This document shows positions 26,010-38,859 of a stretch of DNA of 55,357 bases, piece after piece. Position 1 is the first letter of the stretch. Every line of letters begins with the position of its first letter. The DNA is from Prorocentrum cordatum (taxonomy: Eukaryota), in contig CAUYUJ010000165.1 in the NCBI GenBank assembly GCA_963575745.1, positions 62,001-117,357 on the forward strand. Direction: 5' to 3'. A program made the position numbers and the translations under genes. The notes below the pieces were generated by a model, which searched no databases, was not told the origin of the DNA, and saw only the letters and a list, made by a program, of their open reading frames with translations.

Positions 26010-27300
26010 GCGGCTGTGAGGATGTCTCGAGCGAGGCGCTGGCTTCAACAGCCCCAGGGAGAGCCGCCAGAGGGGTAGTTCAGGGGCCCGGACTGCGGGG
26101 ATGTCTCAGACGGTGTGCCTCTGTTTCTGCCCCCCACAACTGTTCTCTGCTGGTGGTCCACTGCTCACCGCGTTGTAGTAGGCGTGGCACTTGGGCACCC
26201 CAAGCGGGGGCGCCAGGAGGACGCTCACGGGCCCGTGCGCACCCACACTGCGGGGGGGTCTCACGCGCTCTGCACGTGTCTGACCCCCGAGACGTTTCTC
26301 TCTTTTGGTGGTCCACAGCCCACTGCGATATGGTCGTCGTGGGAATTGGGCATCTCAGCAGGGGAGCCGCCGAGGAGGTATCCCACGCGCCCATTCGCGC
26401 CCACATTGCGGGGATGCCTCAAGCGGTGTGCTTGTTTCTGCCACCCCCACCGGTTTCTCCTTTGGTGGCCCGTTGCTCACCGCGGTATCACAGGCGCTGC
26501 ACCTGGGTACCCCCCCAAAAAAGGGGGGCGCCAGGGGAGTCCTTCCCGGGCCCGTTCGCGCCCACACTGCGGGGATGCTTCACACAGCTTGCCGGCTTCT
26601 GCCCACATGCTTTCTTTTGTGGTCCACTGCTCGCCGCGAGGCAGCAGGCGCAGCACATGGGCACGCCAAGGGGGGGACGCCAGGGGGGTATTTCACAGGC
26701 CCCTTCGGGCCCAGGTGGTGGGGGGTTTGAAGTGGATGACCTGCTTCTGCCCGACAGACTTCGCTCGTTTGGTGGTCCTTTGCTCACCACGGTATAGCAG
26801 GCGCTACACTTGGGTACCCCGGGGGGGGGGGCGCCGGGCAAGTACTTCACAGGCCCGCTCGCGCCCGACCTGGGGGGGACGCTTCGCACAGTTGGCCGGC
26901 CTCTGTCCCCGAGCCGTTCCCGACTTGATGGGCCCACTGCTCGCCATGGTGCAGGAGGCGGCGTGGCACCTGGGCACCCCAAGGGGGGGAGGGCCAGATG
27001 GGGTTTGCTATGGGCTTGTTTGTTTTTGGCGTGTGGGGATGCTTCTAGTGGATTGTTTGTTTTGTTTGTTAGAATGTTTCAAATTTGGTGGCCCACTGCT
27101 CACCGAAGTGTAGCAGGCGCAGCACTTGGCCGCCCCGGGCGGGAAGGGGACAGGAGAGAACTTCACGGGCCCCTTCGCGCCCAGACTGCGGCGATGCCTC
27201 ACGCGATGTACCTATTTCTGCGCCCCTCCCAAGCGTATTTCGCCCCTGGGGTGCCCAATTGCCCACCGCGAAGAAGCGGGCGCAGCATCTGCGCACCTAA
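26010..27300 (-). repeat. Diverged, inverted relative of the 152-bp satellite, flanked by ACTC-rich tracts (24760-25135, 27305-27655)
   Basis: CTGTGAGGATGTCTC and CTGCGGGGATGTCTCAGACGG match the reverse complement of the satellite core. Confidence 0.7.
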
Positions 27301-28140
27301 CGGGGACTCACTCACACTCATAATCATTGAAAGTCGGGCTCGCCCACACCCAGGATGACTCACACCCATACTCACTCGCACTCACACTTGCCCAGGCTCA
27401 AACTCACTCGTATGCAGACTCACTGGCACCCAGGCTCGCTCAGATTGAGATTCATAGTCATCGCATTCATACTCGCACCCACTCGCACTCAGACCCATTC
27501 GCACCCATACTCACCCACACTCAGACTCACTCATACCCAGACTCACTCGTACACCGTCTCACTATACTCAGACCCATTCGCACCCCCAGTTCAATCACAC
27601 CCCATTCGAACACACACCCAGACTCGCTCACAGTCGGAACGCTCTCATACTCGCGCACACGAAGGTCCACACGCCGGGGGCCAGCCCGATCTAGCATGCG
27701 TGGCACGTGAGCTCCCCAAGTGCTGTAACAGCGCTATGTGTTCTTGCCCGGGTTGCCGCAGTGAGAAAGATACGAAGAATTGTCCCTCGCTCTTCCATTT
27801 GCGTGTTTCCCACACCTCTCCTCACACGTGCCCAGAGGAGGAGGGCGCCACTGACATCGTCGCTGTCGTCGTCGTTGTCGTGGCGGCTGCCTACGCGGAC
27901 TCGTTCTCACACCCAGATGCTCACACACAGAGTTCCTCAGCGCGACGCGACAGGAGTATGCAATGAACCTACGGGATCTCCGCGTCGAGTAATTCATTGT
28001 TTCGGCGTTGCTGATAGGGGGGCAAGGAACGGAGGAGGGGGGGCCGAAAAAAACGTGCACCTCTCGTGCCCCTTGTCGGCCCCAAGGGGCCCCTTCAGGC
28101 CTCCAACGTGCAGGAACAAGAATAATTGTTGTTCACCCCT

Positions 28141-28186
<46 letters not shown>

Positions 28187-28220
28187 CGTCCCCCCTGGAG
28201 CGGGGTCCTGGGGAAATTGA

Positions 28221-28643
28221 CCCAAGCAGTGCTTGCACTGAAGGGATCCTGGCGGAAGTTGAAAAATTTGGCGGACGTTTCCCGCCGATTTTGGTAGCAA
28301 GCTGGGTTGCCGGGTTCCCGGTTCCGGGTTCCCAGGTTCCGAAAAAATGCTTCGATTTCGATGGGTTCTGGCTCCCGGATACCCGGTCGATCTCCTCAGC
28401 GAAAACCATCCACTGATTGGGGTTTTTCTCTGGTGTAATGTAAAATAAAATGTGGCCAAAGCTTCCCGCCGACTTTGGTAGCCGGCTGGGTTCCCGGGTT
28501 CCCGGTTCCAGGATCCCGGGTTCCTGGATTCCTGCAGGTTATTGGTTCAAGGCCGATTTCTGTGGGTTCGTTCCCGGTTCCCGGGTTCCCGGCCGATCTC
28601 CTTATCGATCAAACCATCCACTGATTGGGGTTTTTCACTGGTG
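28221..28643 (+). mobile_element. Family X: full copy (28221-28435) plus truncated tandem copy (28455-28643)
   Basis: Reverse-complement homology to 5655-5901; CACTGATTGGGGTTTTTC(T/A)CTGGTG end motif in both. Confidence 0.7.
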
Positions 28644-29371
28644 AAATATTCACCCACCCACCCTGGACATCGCCCCCCCCTAATTACGCAACGCCCAAAC
28701 ATGTTTAGCTGTGTCCGTCTCTGGGACGCCTCTCGATGGACGCAGCTGGAATGAACCCCGGAAGGGGCCCTGGGACCCGTTTCGAGCGGATCGCGGGCCA
28801 GGGGGGGAGGAATGGCCCTGGTGTCTCTGGGCGCCATGGGGAAAAACTGCACGACGGAGGCATCGCCACGCATCGACCCTGTGGTCTCACGAGCCAGTCA
28901 GGCTTGAGGACTTCTGCGTAAAGGAGGGATCGTGAGCTGCGGCGGCTGTGATAATTTCACGACGTCGAGTGTCTGGACTAGGTTTTTGTCCGTAGGCCAT
29001 GGTCAGCAGGAGGAAGGAGGCGGAGGAAGATGGAGTAGAAACAGCAGCATGATGGAACAGGATGGGGATGGGGATGAGGATGATGAAGAGTAGGCATGGC
29101 TCGCGCGATCAAATAGGACGGCCGCCGATGTGCAGCTCCAGATGCGGGTCCGGTGGCGATCGCGATCACTGCGGCAACGCGGCACGGTCGACCTAGACGG
29201 GCTACGGAGAAGTCGGAAGATGAGGAGAAGTAGGAGCAAGCACGGAGGCAGGGAGGGAGGACGAGAACGACGAGGACGGACGAGGGGGAAGGGAGTGGGG
29301 AGGAGCGCAAGAAGGAGCCAGGAGGGACGATGGGAAGGGAACCAGGGAGGAATAGGAGTAAGGAACGCTGC

Positions 29372-30175
29372 TCACTCGTCGTCCTCGTCGGCCTTCTCCA
29401 CGCTGGCAGTCAAAAGGTTCTTCGCCTCGTCTTCCTCTGGCCGGAGCATCTCAACGCCCGCGTCATCACCACCAGAGTGCATCTCCATGAGCTTGGTGAT
29501 GTCGAACTTGGGCTTCTTGAGGATCTTGACCTTCTTAATGTGGACGTCCTTCAAGGGAAAGATGCCCTGAGTCTCCTTCTCTATCTGCTTACCGATGGAC
29601 TCGGGGATGAGCTTCTTCACCAAGTCCCGGAGCTGCACCTTGTTGACCTCACCAGTCATGATGTCTGTCATCTTTTTGCGGATCTTGCGGATCTGTGCCG
29701 TCTGCGCGTAGCAGTTGTTCTTCTCCTGCCCCGGCTGCTTCTTAGTGAACGCGAGGCAGAAAAGGCGCACGAGGTAGCCGTCCGTGGTTTTCACGTCCAC
29801 GTGGGCTTCGATCAGCGTGTGCCATTTGCGGATCAGTGACTGCTGCTTGTCGCGCGTGAGCTCGAGCGCGTGGAAGTCCGTCAGGCAGTTGCGGCCCTGC
29901 ACCTCCTCGATGCAGAGCTTCACCTTCTTGTAGGCCTGGTCCTCGTCGTTGTTCAGGTCCGCCAGGTTGAGCTCCAGCACGCGCCCCTTCAGCTCCTCGG
30001 TGGCGATTTTGGTGCCCTGCGTGCGTGTGACCAAGGTCTTGCCGCAGTTGCGGACGGTGAAGACGCTGGGCGCCTTGATGTCGTACCACTCCTTCTTCAG
30101 GAACGGGTCGCCCGACTTCTTCTTGCCACCCTTCCTGCCTCCCTTGGTGAGGCGCTTGTTCTTGCCAACAGCCAT
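29372..30175 (-). CDS. RPS3A: 40S ribosomal protein S3a (eS1), copy 1, 267 aa, intronless
   Basis: [37 protein letters not shown]...[10 protein letters not shown]...DVKTTDGY...[13 protein letters not shown]...KPKFD is the canonical eS1 sequence; ATG at 30175. Confidence 0.97.
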   Translation of the reverse strand: MAVGKNKRLTKGGRKGGKKKSGDPFLKKEWYDIKAPSVFTVRNCGKTLVTRTQGTKIATEELKGRVLELNLADLNNDEDQAYKKVKLCIEEVQGRNCLTDFHALELTRDKQQSLIRKWHTLIEAHVDVKTTDGYLVRLFCLAFTKKQPGQEKNNCYAQTAQIRKIRKKMTDIMTGEVNKVQLRDLVKKLIPESIGKQIEKETQGIFPLKDVHIKKVKILKKPKFDITKLMEMHSGGDDAGVEMLRPEEDEAKNLLTASVEKADEDDE

Positions 30176-30231
30176 GCCGGTTCGCCCTCTGTCACTCGCT
30201 ACCGCCGCGCAAGTCCGTAGCTTGCCACTAG

Positions 30232-30253
30232 CTTGAGCCCGAACGGCTGTGGA
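30232..30253 (-). promoter_or_regulatory. Relic dinoflagellate spliced leader, probable trans-splice acceptor, upstream of RPS3A copy 1
   Basis: TCCACAGCCGTTCGGGCTCAAG vs DinoSL TCCGTAGCCATTTTGGCTCAAG, 17/22 ungapped, 56 nt before the ATG. Confidence 0.8.
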
Positions 30254-31155
30254 GGCAAGGGACAGCCGAGCTGTGAAAAGCCATTGGCGCGGCGACCCCG
30301 CAGGGAGCCCCATCACAAGCTCCGGAGAAAAGAACGTGGTGATGGGGCCACCCGTTGAACTTACGCGGCCCAGCCCAACGATTAGGTTTTTTCTCTGGTG
30401 TCATCTTCACCCACCCACCCCGGACATCGCCCCCCCCTAATTACGCAACGCCCAAACATGTTTAGCGGTGTCCGTCTCTGGGACGCCTCTCGATGGACGC
30501 AGCTGGAATGGACCCCGGAAGGGGCCCTGGGACCCGTCTCGAGCGGATCGCGGGCCAGGGGGGGAGGAATGGCCCTGGTGTCTCTGGGCGCCATGGGGAA
30601 AAACTGCACGACGGAGGCATCGCCCCGCATCGACCCTGTGGTCTCACGAGCCAGTTAGGCTTGAGGACTTCTGCGTAAAGGAGGGATCGTGAGCTGCGGC
30701 GGCTGTGATAATTTCACGACGTCGAGTGTCTGGGCTAGGTTTTTGTCCGTAGTGTCTGGGCTAGGTTTTTGTCCGTAGGCCATGGTCAGCAGGAGGCAGG
30801 AGGCGGAGGAAGATGGAGTAGAAACAGCAGCATGATGGAACAGGATGGGGATGGGGATGAGGATGATGAAGAGTAGGCATGGCTCGCGCGATCAACTAGG
30901 ACGGCCGCCGATTTGCAGCTCCAGATGCGGGCCTGGTGGCGATCGCGATCACTGCGGCAACGCGGCACGGTCGACCTAGACGGGCTACGGGGAAGTCGGA
31001 AGATGAGGAGAAGTAGGAGCAAGCGCGGAGGCAGGGAGGGAGGACGAGAACGACGAGGACGGACGAGGGGGAAGGGAGTGGGAAGGAGTGCAAGAAGGAG
31101 CCAGGAGGGACGATGGGGAAGGGAACCAGGGGGGAATAGGAGTAAGGAACGCTGC

Positions 31156-31959
31156 TCACTCGTCGTCCTCGTCGGCCTTCTCCACGCTGGCAGTCAAAAG
31201 GTTCTTCGCCTCGTCTTCCTCTGGCCGGAGCATCTCAACGCCCGCGTCATCACCACCAGAGTGCATCTCCATGAGCTTGGTGATGTCGAACTTCGGTTTC
31301 TTGAGGATCTTGACCTTCTTAATGTGGACGTCCTTCAAGGGAAAGATGCCCTGAGTCTCCTTCTCTATCTGCTTACCGATGGACTCGGGGATGAGCTTCT
31401 TCACCAAGTCCCGGAGCTGCACCTTGTTGACCTCACCAGTCATGATGTCTGTCATCTTTTTGCGGATCTTGCGGATCTGTGCCGTCTGCGCGTAGCAGTT
31501 GTTCTTCTCCTGCCCCGGCTGCTTCTTAGTGAACGCGAGGCAGAAAAGGCGCACGAGGTAGCCGTCCGTGGTTTTCACGTCCACGTGGGCTTCGATCAGC
31601 GTGTGCCATTTGCGGATCAGTGACTGCTGCTTGTCGCGCGTGAGCTCGAGCGCGTGGAAGTCCGTCAGGCAGTTGCGGCCCTGCACCTCCTCGATGCAGA
31701 GCTTCACCTTCTTGTAGGCCTGGTCCTCGTCGTTGTTCAGGTCCGCCAGGTTGAGCTCCAGCACGCGCCCCTTCAGCTCCTCGGTGGCGATTTTGGTGCC
31801 CTGCGTGCGTGTGACCAAGGTCTTACCGCAGTTGCGGACGGTGAAGACGCTGGGCGCCTTGATGTCGTACCACTCCTTCTTCAGGAACGGGTCGCCCGAC
31901 TTCTTCTTGCCACCCTTCCTGCCTCCCTTGGTGAGGCGCTTGTTCTTGCCAACAGCCAT
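31156..31959 (-). CDS. RPS3A: 40S ribosomal protein S3a (eS1), copy 2, 267 aa, intronless
   Basis: Protein identical to copy 1 in the ORF track; the three nucleotide differences noticed are synonymous. Confidence 0.97.
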   Translation of the reverse strand: MAVGKNKRLTKGGRKGGKKKSGDPFLKKEWYDIKAPSVFTVRNCGKTLVTRTQGTKIATEELKGRVLELNLADLNNDEDQAYKKVKLCIEEVQGRNCLTDFHALELTRDKQQSLIRKWHTLIEAHVDVKTTDGYLVRLFCLAFTKKQPGQEKNNCYAQTAQIRKIRKKMTDIMTGEVNKVQLRDLVKKLIPESIGKQIEKETQGIFPLKDVHIKKVKILKKPKFDITKLMEMHSGGDDAGVEMLRPEEDEAKNLLTASVEKADEDDE

Positions 31960-32015
31960 GCCGGTTCGCCCTCTGTCACTCGCTACCGCCGCGCAAGTCC
32001 GTAGCTTGCCACTAG

Positions 32016-32037
32016 CTTGAGCCCGAACGGCTGTGGA
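32016..32037 (-). promoter_or_regulatory. Relic spliced leader upstream of RPS3A copy 2
   Basis: Same 22-mer as 30232-30253. Confidence 0.8.
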
Positions 32038-32483
32038 GGCAGGGGACAGCCGAGCTGTGAAAAGCCTTTGGCGCGGCGACCCCGCGGGGAGCCCCATCAC
32101 AAGCTCCGGAGAAAACACCTTGGTGATGGGCCACCCGTTGAACTTACGCGGCCCGGCCCAGCCATATGGCGATCACCTCTCACCTGCGACGAAGCCAGGA
32201 CGAGGACAACATCGGGTGAGGATACACATCGAAAATCTCCGAGATCCAGCGGATCTGGAGGATGTCTCTGGCGCCGCGTCCTTCCCAGAGCGCTCTGGAA
32301 CGGATTCCCCCTCGTCCTCTAGCCCCGTCCGGTCGCCGCTCTCTGGGTACTGGGCCACACCTCCGAGGTCTTGCTCTGTTCAGCGACGCGCTGCGGGGCC
32401 GTGGAGCTCGCGACCGCCACACACACCCTCCAGGGCGCTCAGCTCGGTCGCGGGTCGTGGCCAGGTGGCCAACCTTATATAGG

Positions 32484-32730
32484 TCGGGCCTGTCCTCCTA
32501 CAAGGGGGATTTGGGGCGAAACATCAAACATACACCAAACAATATCAAAAAAATGCTCGAAGATAATAAAGGGATCGTCCCCCTATTATGTTTTACCATT
32601 TTTGGGCGGGCCTGTCCTCCTACGGGAACATTTTTGGCGAAACATCAAACATACACCAAACAATATCAAAGAAAAACTCGGAAATCATAAAGGGATCGTC
32701 CTCGTACTATCTTTTACTATTTTTTGGGGG
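32484..32730. repeat. Tandem dimer of a ~120-bp AT-rich unit
   Basis: GGGCCTGTCCTCCTAC...GGCGAAACATCAAACATACACCAAACAATATCAAA...TAAAGGGATCGTCC occurs twice. Confidence 0.85.
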
Positions 32731-32879
32731 CCCCGCCCGAGGACGGCCGGGACGCACCGGGGGACCTGCAGAGAGACCGCACGCCGTGCACTGACGCACG
32801 CGCCCGGGAGGTCTGTGGCGCCGGGCGGGAGGAGACCAGGTGGCGACATCCGAGCGCGAATATCCAAGACATACAAGTG

Positions 32880-32942
32880 TGTATATACATAAATATTCAC
32901 ATATATACATATACATATACATAGGCATATACATACACATAC

Positions 32943-32982
<40 letters not shown>

Positions 32983-32986
32983 GTAC

Positions 32987-33057
<71 letters not shown>

Positions 33058-33150
33058 AATACAAATACATATACCTATACATAGACATATGCATATACAT
33101 ATACCTATACATATACATATACATATGCATATACATATACATATGCATAC
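32880..33150. repeat. (CATATA)n microsatellite
   Basis: Direct inspection. Confidence 0.95.
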
Positions 33151-34999
33151 ACGTATCAATCGCATCGTCCCGGTCTCCGTGGAATATGTTCCAAGGGGGG
33201 CAGTGGGCAACATGGTCTCTCGGAGGCGCAAATATGACTGGCAGCCGGGATCCGGGGGCGGGGGCACGAGGGGGGGGGTCATCAGTTCTGCTAACAGGGT
33301 TCGGACATTACCCGCACCAACCAGCAGTTCCCCTGAATCGATGGGATGCGAGGGTGGGGCTCAGATTTCGCCACGCGTTCGGCGAATTCCGACCCATGCC
33401 CCCCCCGCCCTTCGAGTTGCTTGGGTCGCTGATCGGCGAGCGCACGGTTCGGAGCCGCCCCCGAGGGACGGAGCGGGAACAGGAAACGACAAGCTCCAGC
33501 GGCGCGCGAAAGGAGGGGCAGAGCCAGGCGGGCGGCCTTCCGGGCCAGGGGCTCTTGAAAAGGGCCCCGTCGCTCCACGGAAGGCGTCCGCGAAAGTTTC
33601 CAAGAAAGCGGCATGGTTCCTACCAGGCGGGGCGTCCTCTTAGAACCCCCCCCCCTCGCCAGGATCGGATGAACAAAACAAGCCGTATAAACACTCCCGG
33701 AGGCTCGTGTCGTGCTGACCTCGGCGTCGGTGTCTAACGCCGCGGGGATCGCTTCGACCTTGAACGCCTGGCCGTTTCTAAAACGTCAGCTTGTTCAACA
33801 TTGACCGACTCTGGGTCCGGACGTCCACGTTCCACGTTGGGCGCCTGCGACGCCCCACGGAAGAGGGAGGAGAAGGGAAGGAGGGAGAAGGAGGAGGAGG
33901 AGGAGGAGGAGGAGGAGAAGGAGGAGGAGGAGGAGGAGGAGGAGGAGGAGCAGGAGCAGGATGAGGACGAGGATAAGGGGAAGGAGAAGGAGGAGGAGGA
34001 GGAGGAGGAGGAGGAGGGATGAGGAGGGAGAAGAGGGGAGGAGGAGGGGGGAGGAGGGAGGAGGGAGGAGGAGGAGGAGGAGGAGGAGGAGCAGGAAGAG
34101 TTCGTCAACAACTCAAGCCCCGCGGGAGGGGGGGGAGGCAGCGAGCCTCCATTCGAATTGACCGCGGTGATGAGCGGCGAGACACCAGCGTCGAGATAGA
34201 CAGGCGGCGGGGAGACCAGCACGGGGGGGGGACGAGGAGAGACGGCAGAGGGCAGCAGTACGGAGGGCTCGATGGGGCGAGGCGGAGGGGGGGAAGATGA
34301 AAGCGGCAGCAATGGCGGCCGCATCGCAATAGAGCGCGGGAGCCTGCCAGCCCGCGTCCGCGAAACGGGCAGCCGTGTTATATGTCGTTTCAATCAAAGC
34401 AGGATGGCGAGCAGGATAAGGACAAGCAATGTGAGAGCCGAGCGGGGGGGGACGGGGACAGGCCGAGCGGGCGTAAATAGACGGCGACAGAGGCACATTT
34501 TCATCATGCAGGCACTAAGGACGGGGACGGAGAGCACCAGGACCACGGCTGGCGAGTAATCGGCGACGGCAATGTCGGAGCAGCTCCCGCGGACACTCGC
34601 GACGAGGGCGAGGCTGACCAGGGCGGTGCAATGCTCGAACATGGGGGCCCAACCTGCCCCTGGTAGACCGTAATCGACGGGCCACTGTCGTCCCCATCGT
34701 CCACGCCAGCAGGGGTGGCAATCTCGGTCGGAGGGGTGGTACATTCTGGAGATGGTGCCGGCGCAGGAGTGAGCCCGGGCGAGGGCGAGCGCGAGCGTGA
34801 CCCACTGGACTCCATCGCGCAGGACTCCAAATCCGAGTCCGACGTCGATCTGACCATTGGCGCGAAGCGCGGGAAGGGGGCGACGGCGCCAGAGACCGCA
34901 GAGCTTGAGCTGCGCGAAGCACGCGAGGCGGACGAGGCCGAAGGGGACGAGGACGACGAGGGGCGGCGCACAGGGCGCCGCCGCGGCCCCAGGAGCGCG

Positions 35000-37900
35000 C
35001 GCTCGCCCTCACTCAGACGGCGGGGCGCGGCCATCCGCACCGAGCGCACGCCCGCGAGGGCGGCGCTGCGGACCCACGGGGGGGGAGAGGGGCCACCCCT
35101 CGGAGCGGCGCGCCGCGTTGTGCAACGCCTGGGCTGCCGTCGCGAACGAGAAGGCCAGCGGCGAGGGTCGCTGCAGGCCGCGCTTCTCCATCGGGTCGGG
35201 GGGGAGAGGTTCGCCCAAAGCCTCTCCCAGCGCTCCACCGGCGCTCCGTGCAGGCGAGGGCGGCGAAGATAGTGGGCAAGCGCACCCCGATGGCCAAGGC
35301 AACCATGCGCGCGGCATCTCCGCCCGCACGGGCGCAGGATCCTCGGGGAGGCGAGCCAGCCGCCGCGCCAGGTGCGCAGGGGGGCCCGGGCCCAGGAACG
35401 CGGACAGCGTCCGAGGAGGAAAACGACGGTGCCCCAATCGATCTCGTCGAGCAGCTCGGGCCTCGCACCGGCGAGTTTCAGCGGCCGTCGACGCAGGTGA
35501 TCGCGAAGCGGGGCAGAACGAACAGCACGAGCACGCGCGGCCCGCTGAGGGCGAGGGCGAGCACAGGGGCTAAGATCTCAGCGCCCCTCAACGGGGGACT
35601 CCGCTAACGGGCACTTTGCCCAGTGACCCAGCGACCCCGGCCCTTCCCGAGGCGGGCCACGCTGCATTGCCAGAAAGAAGCCCCAAAAAGGCAACTTTCG
35701 GCAACATTGCAAAGTACCCGTTATCAAGTATCCGTTACGGCGCCGTTGAAGATCCCGCGCCGCCAGCGCGCCGGGGCGCCCACGCCCCAGGAGGCCCGTC
35801 CCGGGGCCAGGGGGCGGGGCCCCAGCAGCCACGGAGTGAGAGTGCTCCACCGATGCAGGAGAGCGCCAGGCGGGCCGGGCAGCAGCGCCCCGAGCGGGGC
35901 ATCCACGGCGGCCGCTGGGGAGCGCGAGAGCCTCCGCGGCGCGCCTGCAGGTCGCTGGGGGCCCCCCTGCGCTGCGGGAAGGCGACGTGGGCGGCCCGCG
36001 GCAGCGTCGCAGCGTTCAGATGGGGCCATCGCACCGCTCGAGGCCCGCTCCCCACCTCGATCTGGGGCCATGCTTCGGCCGCGAAGGCGCCGAGCGCCGC
36101 GCGAAACACCTGGGCCAGGACGCCCGGGTCCACGCGCAGTGCGCCGGGAGGCAGCCAGCAATATTGCGCCATCCAAGAGAGAGAGAGAGAGAGAGAGGTC
36201 ACAACTCTCGGTTGTAAATGATCGCAGGCATCGCAGCGGGGGCGAGGCCAGTGCTGAGTGAGCGGGCGCGTGGGCGGAGTTTGGCGAGAGGGCCCCTCCA
36301 GAGCCGACCCGAGTCAACAGCGGGGCCAAGCCAGACCCCCAAGCATAGAAGAGACTCCACGATCTCGAACGAGGCCAAGGCAGGGACTGCGAGCTCGACG
36401 CCAGCCCGAAGCCGCTGTTGGAGGCTATCGCTAAAGGCTTCCGATAGCAGGACAAACTTGCATTTCGGGGCCTTGAGCTCCAAATTGGCAGTCCGATCGG
36501 TCAGCGACGTCGCGTCGAATACCGACTTCGAATGTCGCGCAACACTCAGAGCCCCACCAATATCGCCCGCACACTCGCGGATGACCCCACGCCCCGACGC
36601 ATCGACGCGGAGGGCCAGGTCGACCAGGAAGGGCGAAGAGGCCAGCGCGCAGCGTGGGCCCGAGAGCGCGCATCCCTGGAAGATACCACTGCGAACCAAA
36701 TAGAAGTGAGTTTTCTGGCCAGTCAACGCAACGATCCCCTCGATAGCCGAGTAGAGGAAGAACGCGAACATCAAGAAGGCAGAGGGTAACTGGAAGGAGG
36801 CGGGAACGAGCATGAGGAAGCCCTGGTTGAGGAAGGGGAACGTTTGTCCTAAGTCCAGGGAGAAGAGGATCGGGATGTCCTGGAAACCAGACGGTATGAG
36901 TGAGAGCTTCCTGCTGGCGGAGTCGAGCTCCAGCGCGCCGAGGCCGAAGTTCCCCCTGGGAACGAAGCCGCGCTGACGGGCAGGATCCACGCGATCAAGA
37001 ACAGGGCGTACATGCATGTTCATAGTAGCCGATAGAACCTTGACATCGCAATTTCGGAGACCCAGATCGCGAACTTTACCCGGGGAACGAGAGCACGAGC
37101 CACTCTGGAGCTCGTCGTCATCAATGTCATTCGGGAAGGAAGCATGGATCGTCGCGCAAGCCGCGTCGAGGAGCACCCGGCCCGAGGATACCCACTCGAG
37201 ACAGGCGCACGGGACCTCGAGCCCAGACGGATCAGCCTGCCAGGCCGCCTATGGCAGCCCATCTTCATCAGCGGCCGAATGTCGAGCACGAGCTACGACG
37301 GACTTCATCATCCTGAACGCGGGGGGGCGGGAGGTCGAGGTCACCGATGGGGGGGGGGGCCTCGCGAATGCAGGGCTCAGCGGAGGACTCGCCCCATGGG
37401 CGTCTAGGAGAACACAGGGGCCCAGAACTTCTACAAGCAGGCAGGCCGATCACTAGGGGTAGCCGCTGGTGGTGCCTCGCCCGCGTCGGTAACAGCGGCA
37501 AGAGAGACGCGACGGTTGGGCGAAAACCAAATCCGCGGACGCCGCTCCAGCGCCCTCATCTGCGCCCCCAGCTGCCCAGAGCCCCCCTCGCACCCACGTT
37601 GTCTTCGCAGCTCAGTACGGGACGCCTCCACCGCATCGCGCCGCACGCGGTCAGGCCAGGCCGAGAAGGATTGAGGATGCCGCAACTGAACAGCCCCTCC
37701 CTCGCACGCCAGGAAGTCGGACGCCACCGGGTGGGAGCGAATCAACTTCTCAGAAAGCTGGATATCCTGACGCCAGATATATCGGGCAATCGATCGGGCA
37801 AACTGCAGGAGAGTACGAGGATGATGAGGGCAAGCACGAGAGAGACAATCACGGGTTTCACTGGCCGCGATCCGAACCAGCTCCTTGCTGCGCTCAAGAC

Positions 37901-38810
37901 GGCGGGGAGGGGAAAGGCGGCGAAGGTCAGCGCAGTCGATGAGAGCCCGAAGACGACGACGGCAATGGGAACCTGGAACACGCGTCGGTCAATTGGCTGC
38001 TTACCCCTTGGACGGAGAGTGAGAACCACCGCAGTGTGATCAGAGACCAAGCTATATGAGACGTCGGCAGCGGTGCCAACCGTGTTGACCTGCAAAAAGA
38101 GCTGGCCGATAATCCACCCAGGACAAGATAGGAAGAGGCGATCGGTGCACGACTCAAAGTTGCTGGCTATTTTTTCACTGGGCTAGCGAGGCACGCTCCA
38201 CCTCGATCAGCTCGGCGAGCGCACGGCGCCAGATGGCCGCCCGAGCGCGGCGCCGCCGAGCCGCGCGCCGCACGGCGGCCTGCGGCATGCGCAAGACCAC
38301 CGCATTCTCCGCCGCGATGTTGAAGTCCCCATTTACGATGACGGGCTGCTTGGCGGGGTCCTGGGCAGCGAACTCCCTGGCCCCGCGGATGACCCGCGCC
38401 ACCGCAGACACCAGCTCGGCCGCGAGCTCGTGGTCGCGGATGTTGAAGATGTCCAACTGCGCGCCGGCGGCCTCCACCAGCACGCGGAGGGCCCGCCCTG
38501 CAACCAGAGGAACAGCACGGCTCTGAACAGGGTGGCCTCCAAGAACCCCTAGCGCAGGGAGAAGAACTGCAACCCCGCCGCGCACCCGCTCCCCAGGTGA
38601 GTCGCCACAAAATGAGGCGTGAACCGTGACTGCGGGGTCGATATCCCGCGCGAATTCGCATAGTTGCCCGGCATATTCACGAAATTCATGAAGGAAAACC
38701 CTTCTCTTGCCAATGTCGAGCTTCTCCAGGTACCTCCTCTTGAGCGCGGCTTTAGCCCCGGCCGCGTGCAAGAGGGCCCTCGCATTTCAAGGCACTACAC
38801 GTAGCGGAGG
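35000..38810 (-). pseudogene. LINE-A ORF2: APE endonuclease + reverse transcriptase, with stops and frameshifts
   Basis: LRVVP*NARAL, VFLHE, GGVAVL, NGDFNI, SDHTAV (APE motifs); RDLGLRNCDVK, QRGFVP, LDLGQTFP, SGIFQGCALSG, CAGDI (decayed ADD), LCLGVWLG (RT motifs); C-terminal limit approximate. Confidence 0.88.
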
Positions 38811-38859
38811 AATGACACCACCAGGTACGGGGGCGGAGCATCTGAAGAGTCTCGCCACA

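Noticed and set aside
30221..30231. Possible second, older SL relic (CTAGTGGCAAG) after the first
   Set aside because: Too short and degenerate to support
30176..30316. 47-53 aa N-terminal extension of RPS3A in the ORF track
   Set aside because: Runs through the 5' UTR and relic SL; eS1 proteins start at MAVGKNK
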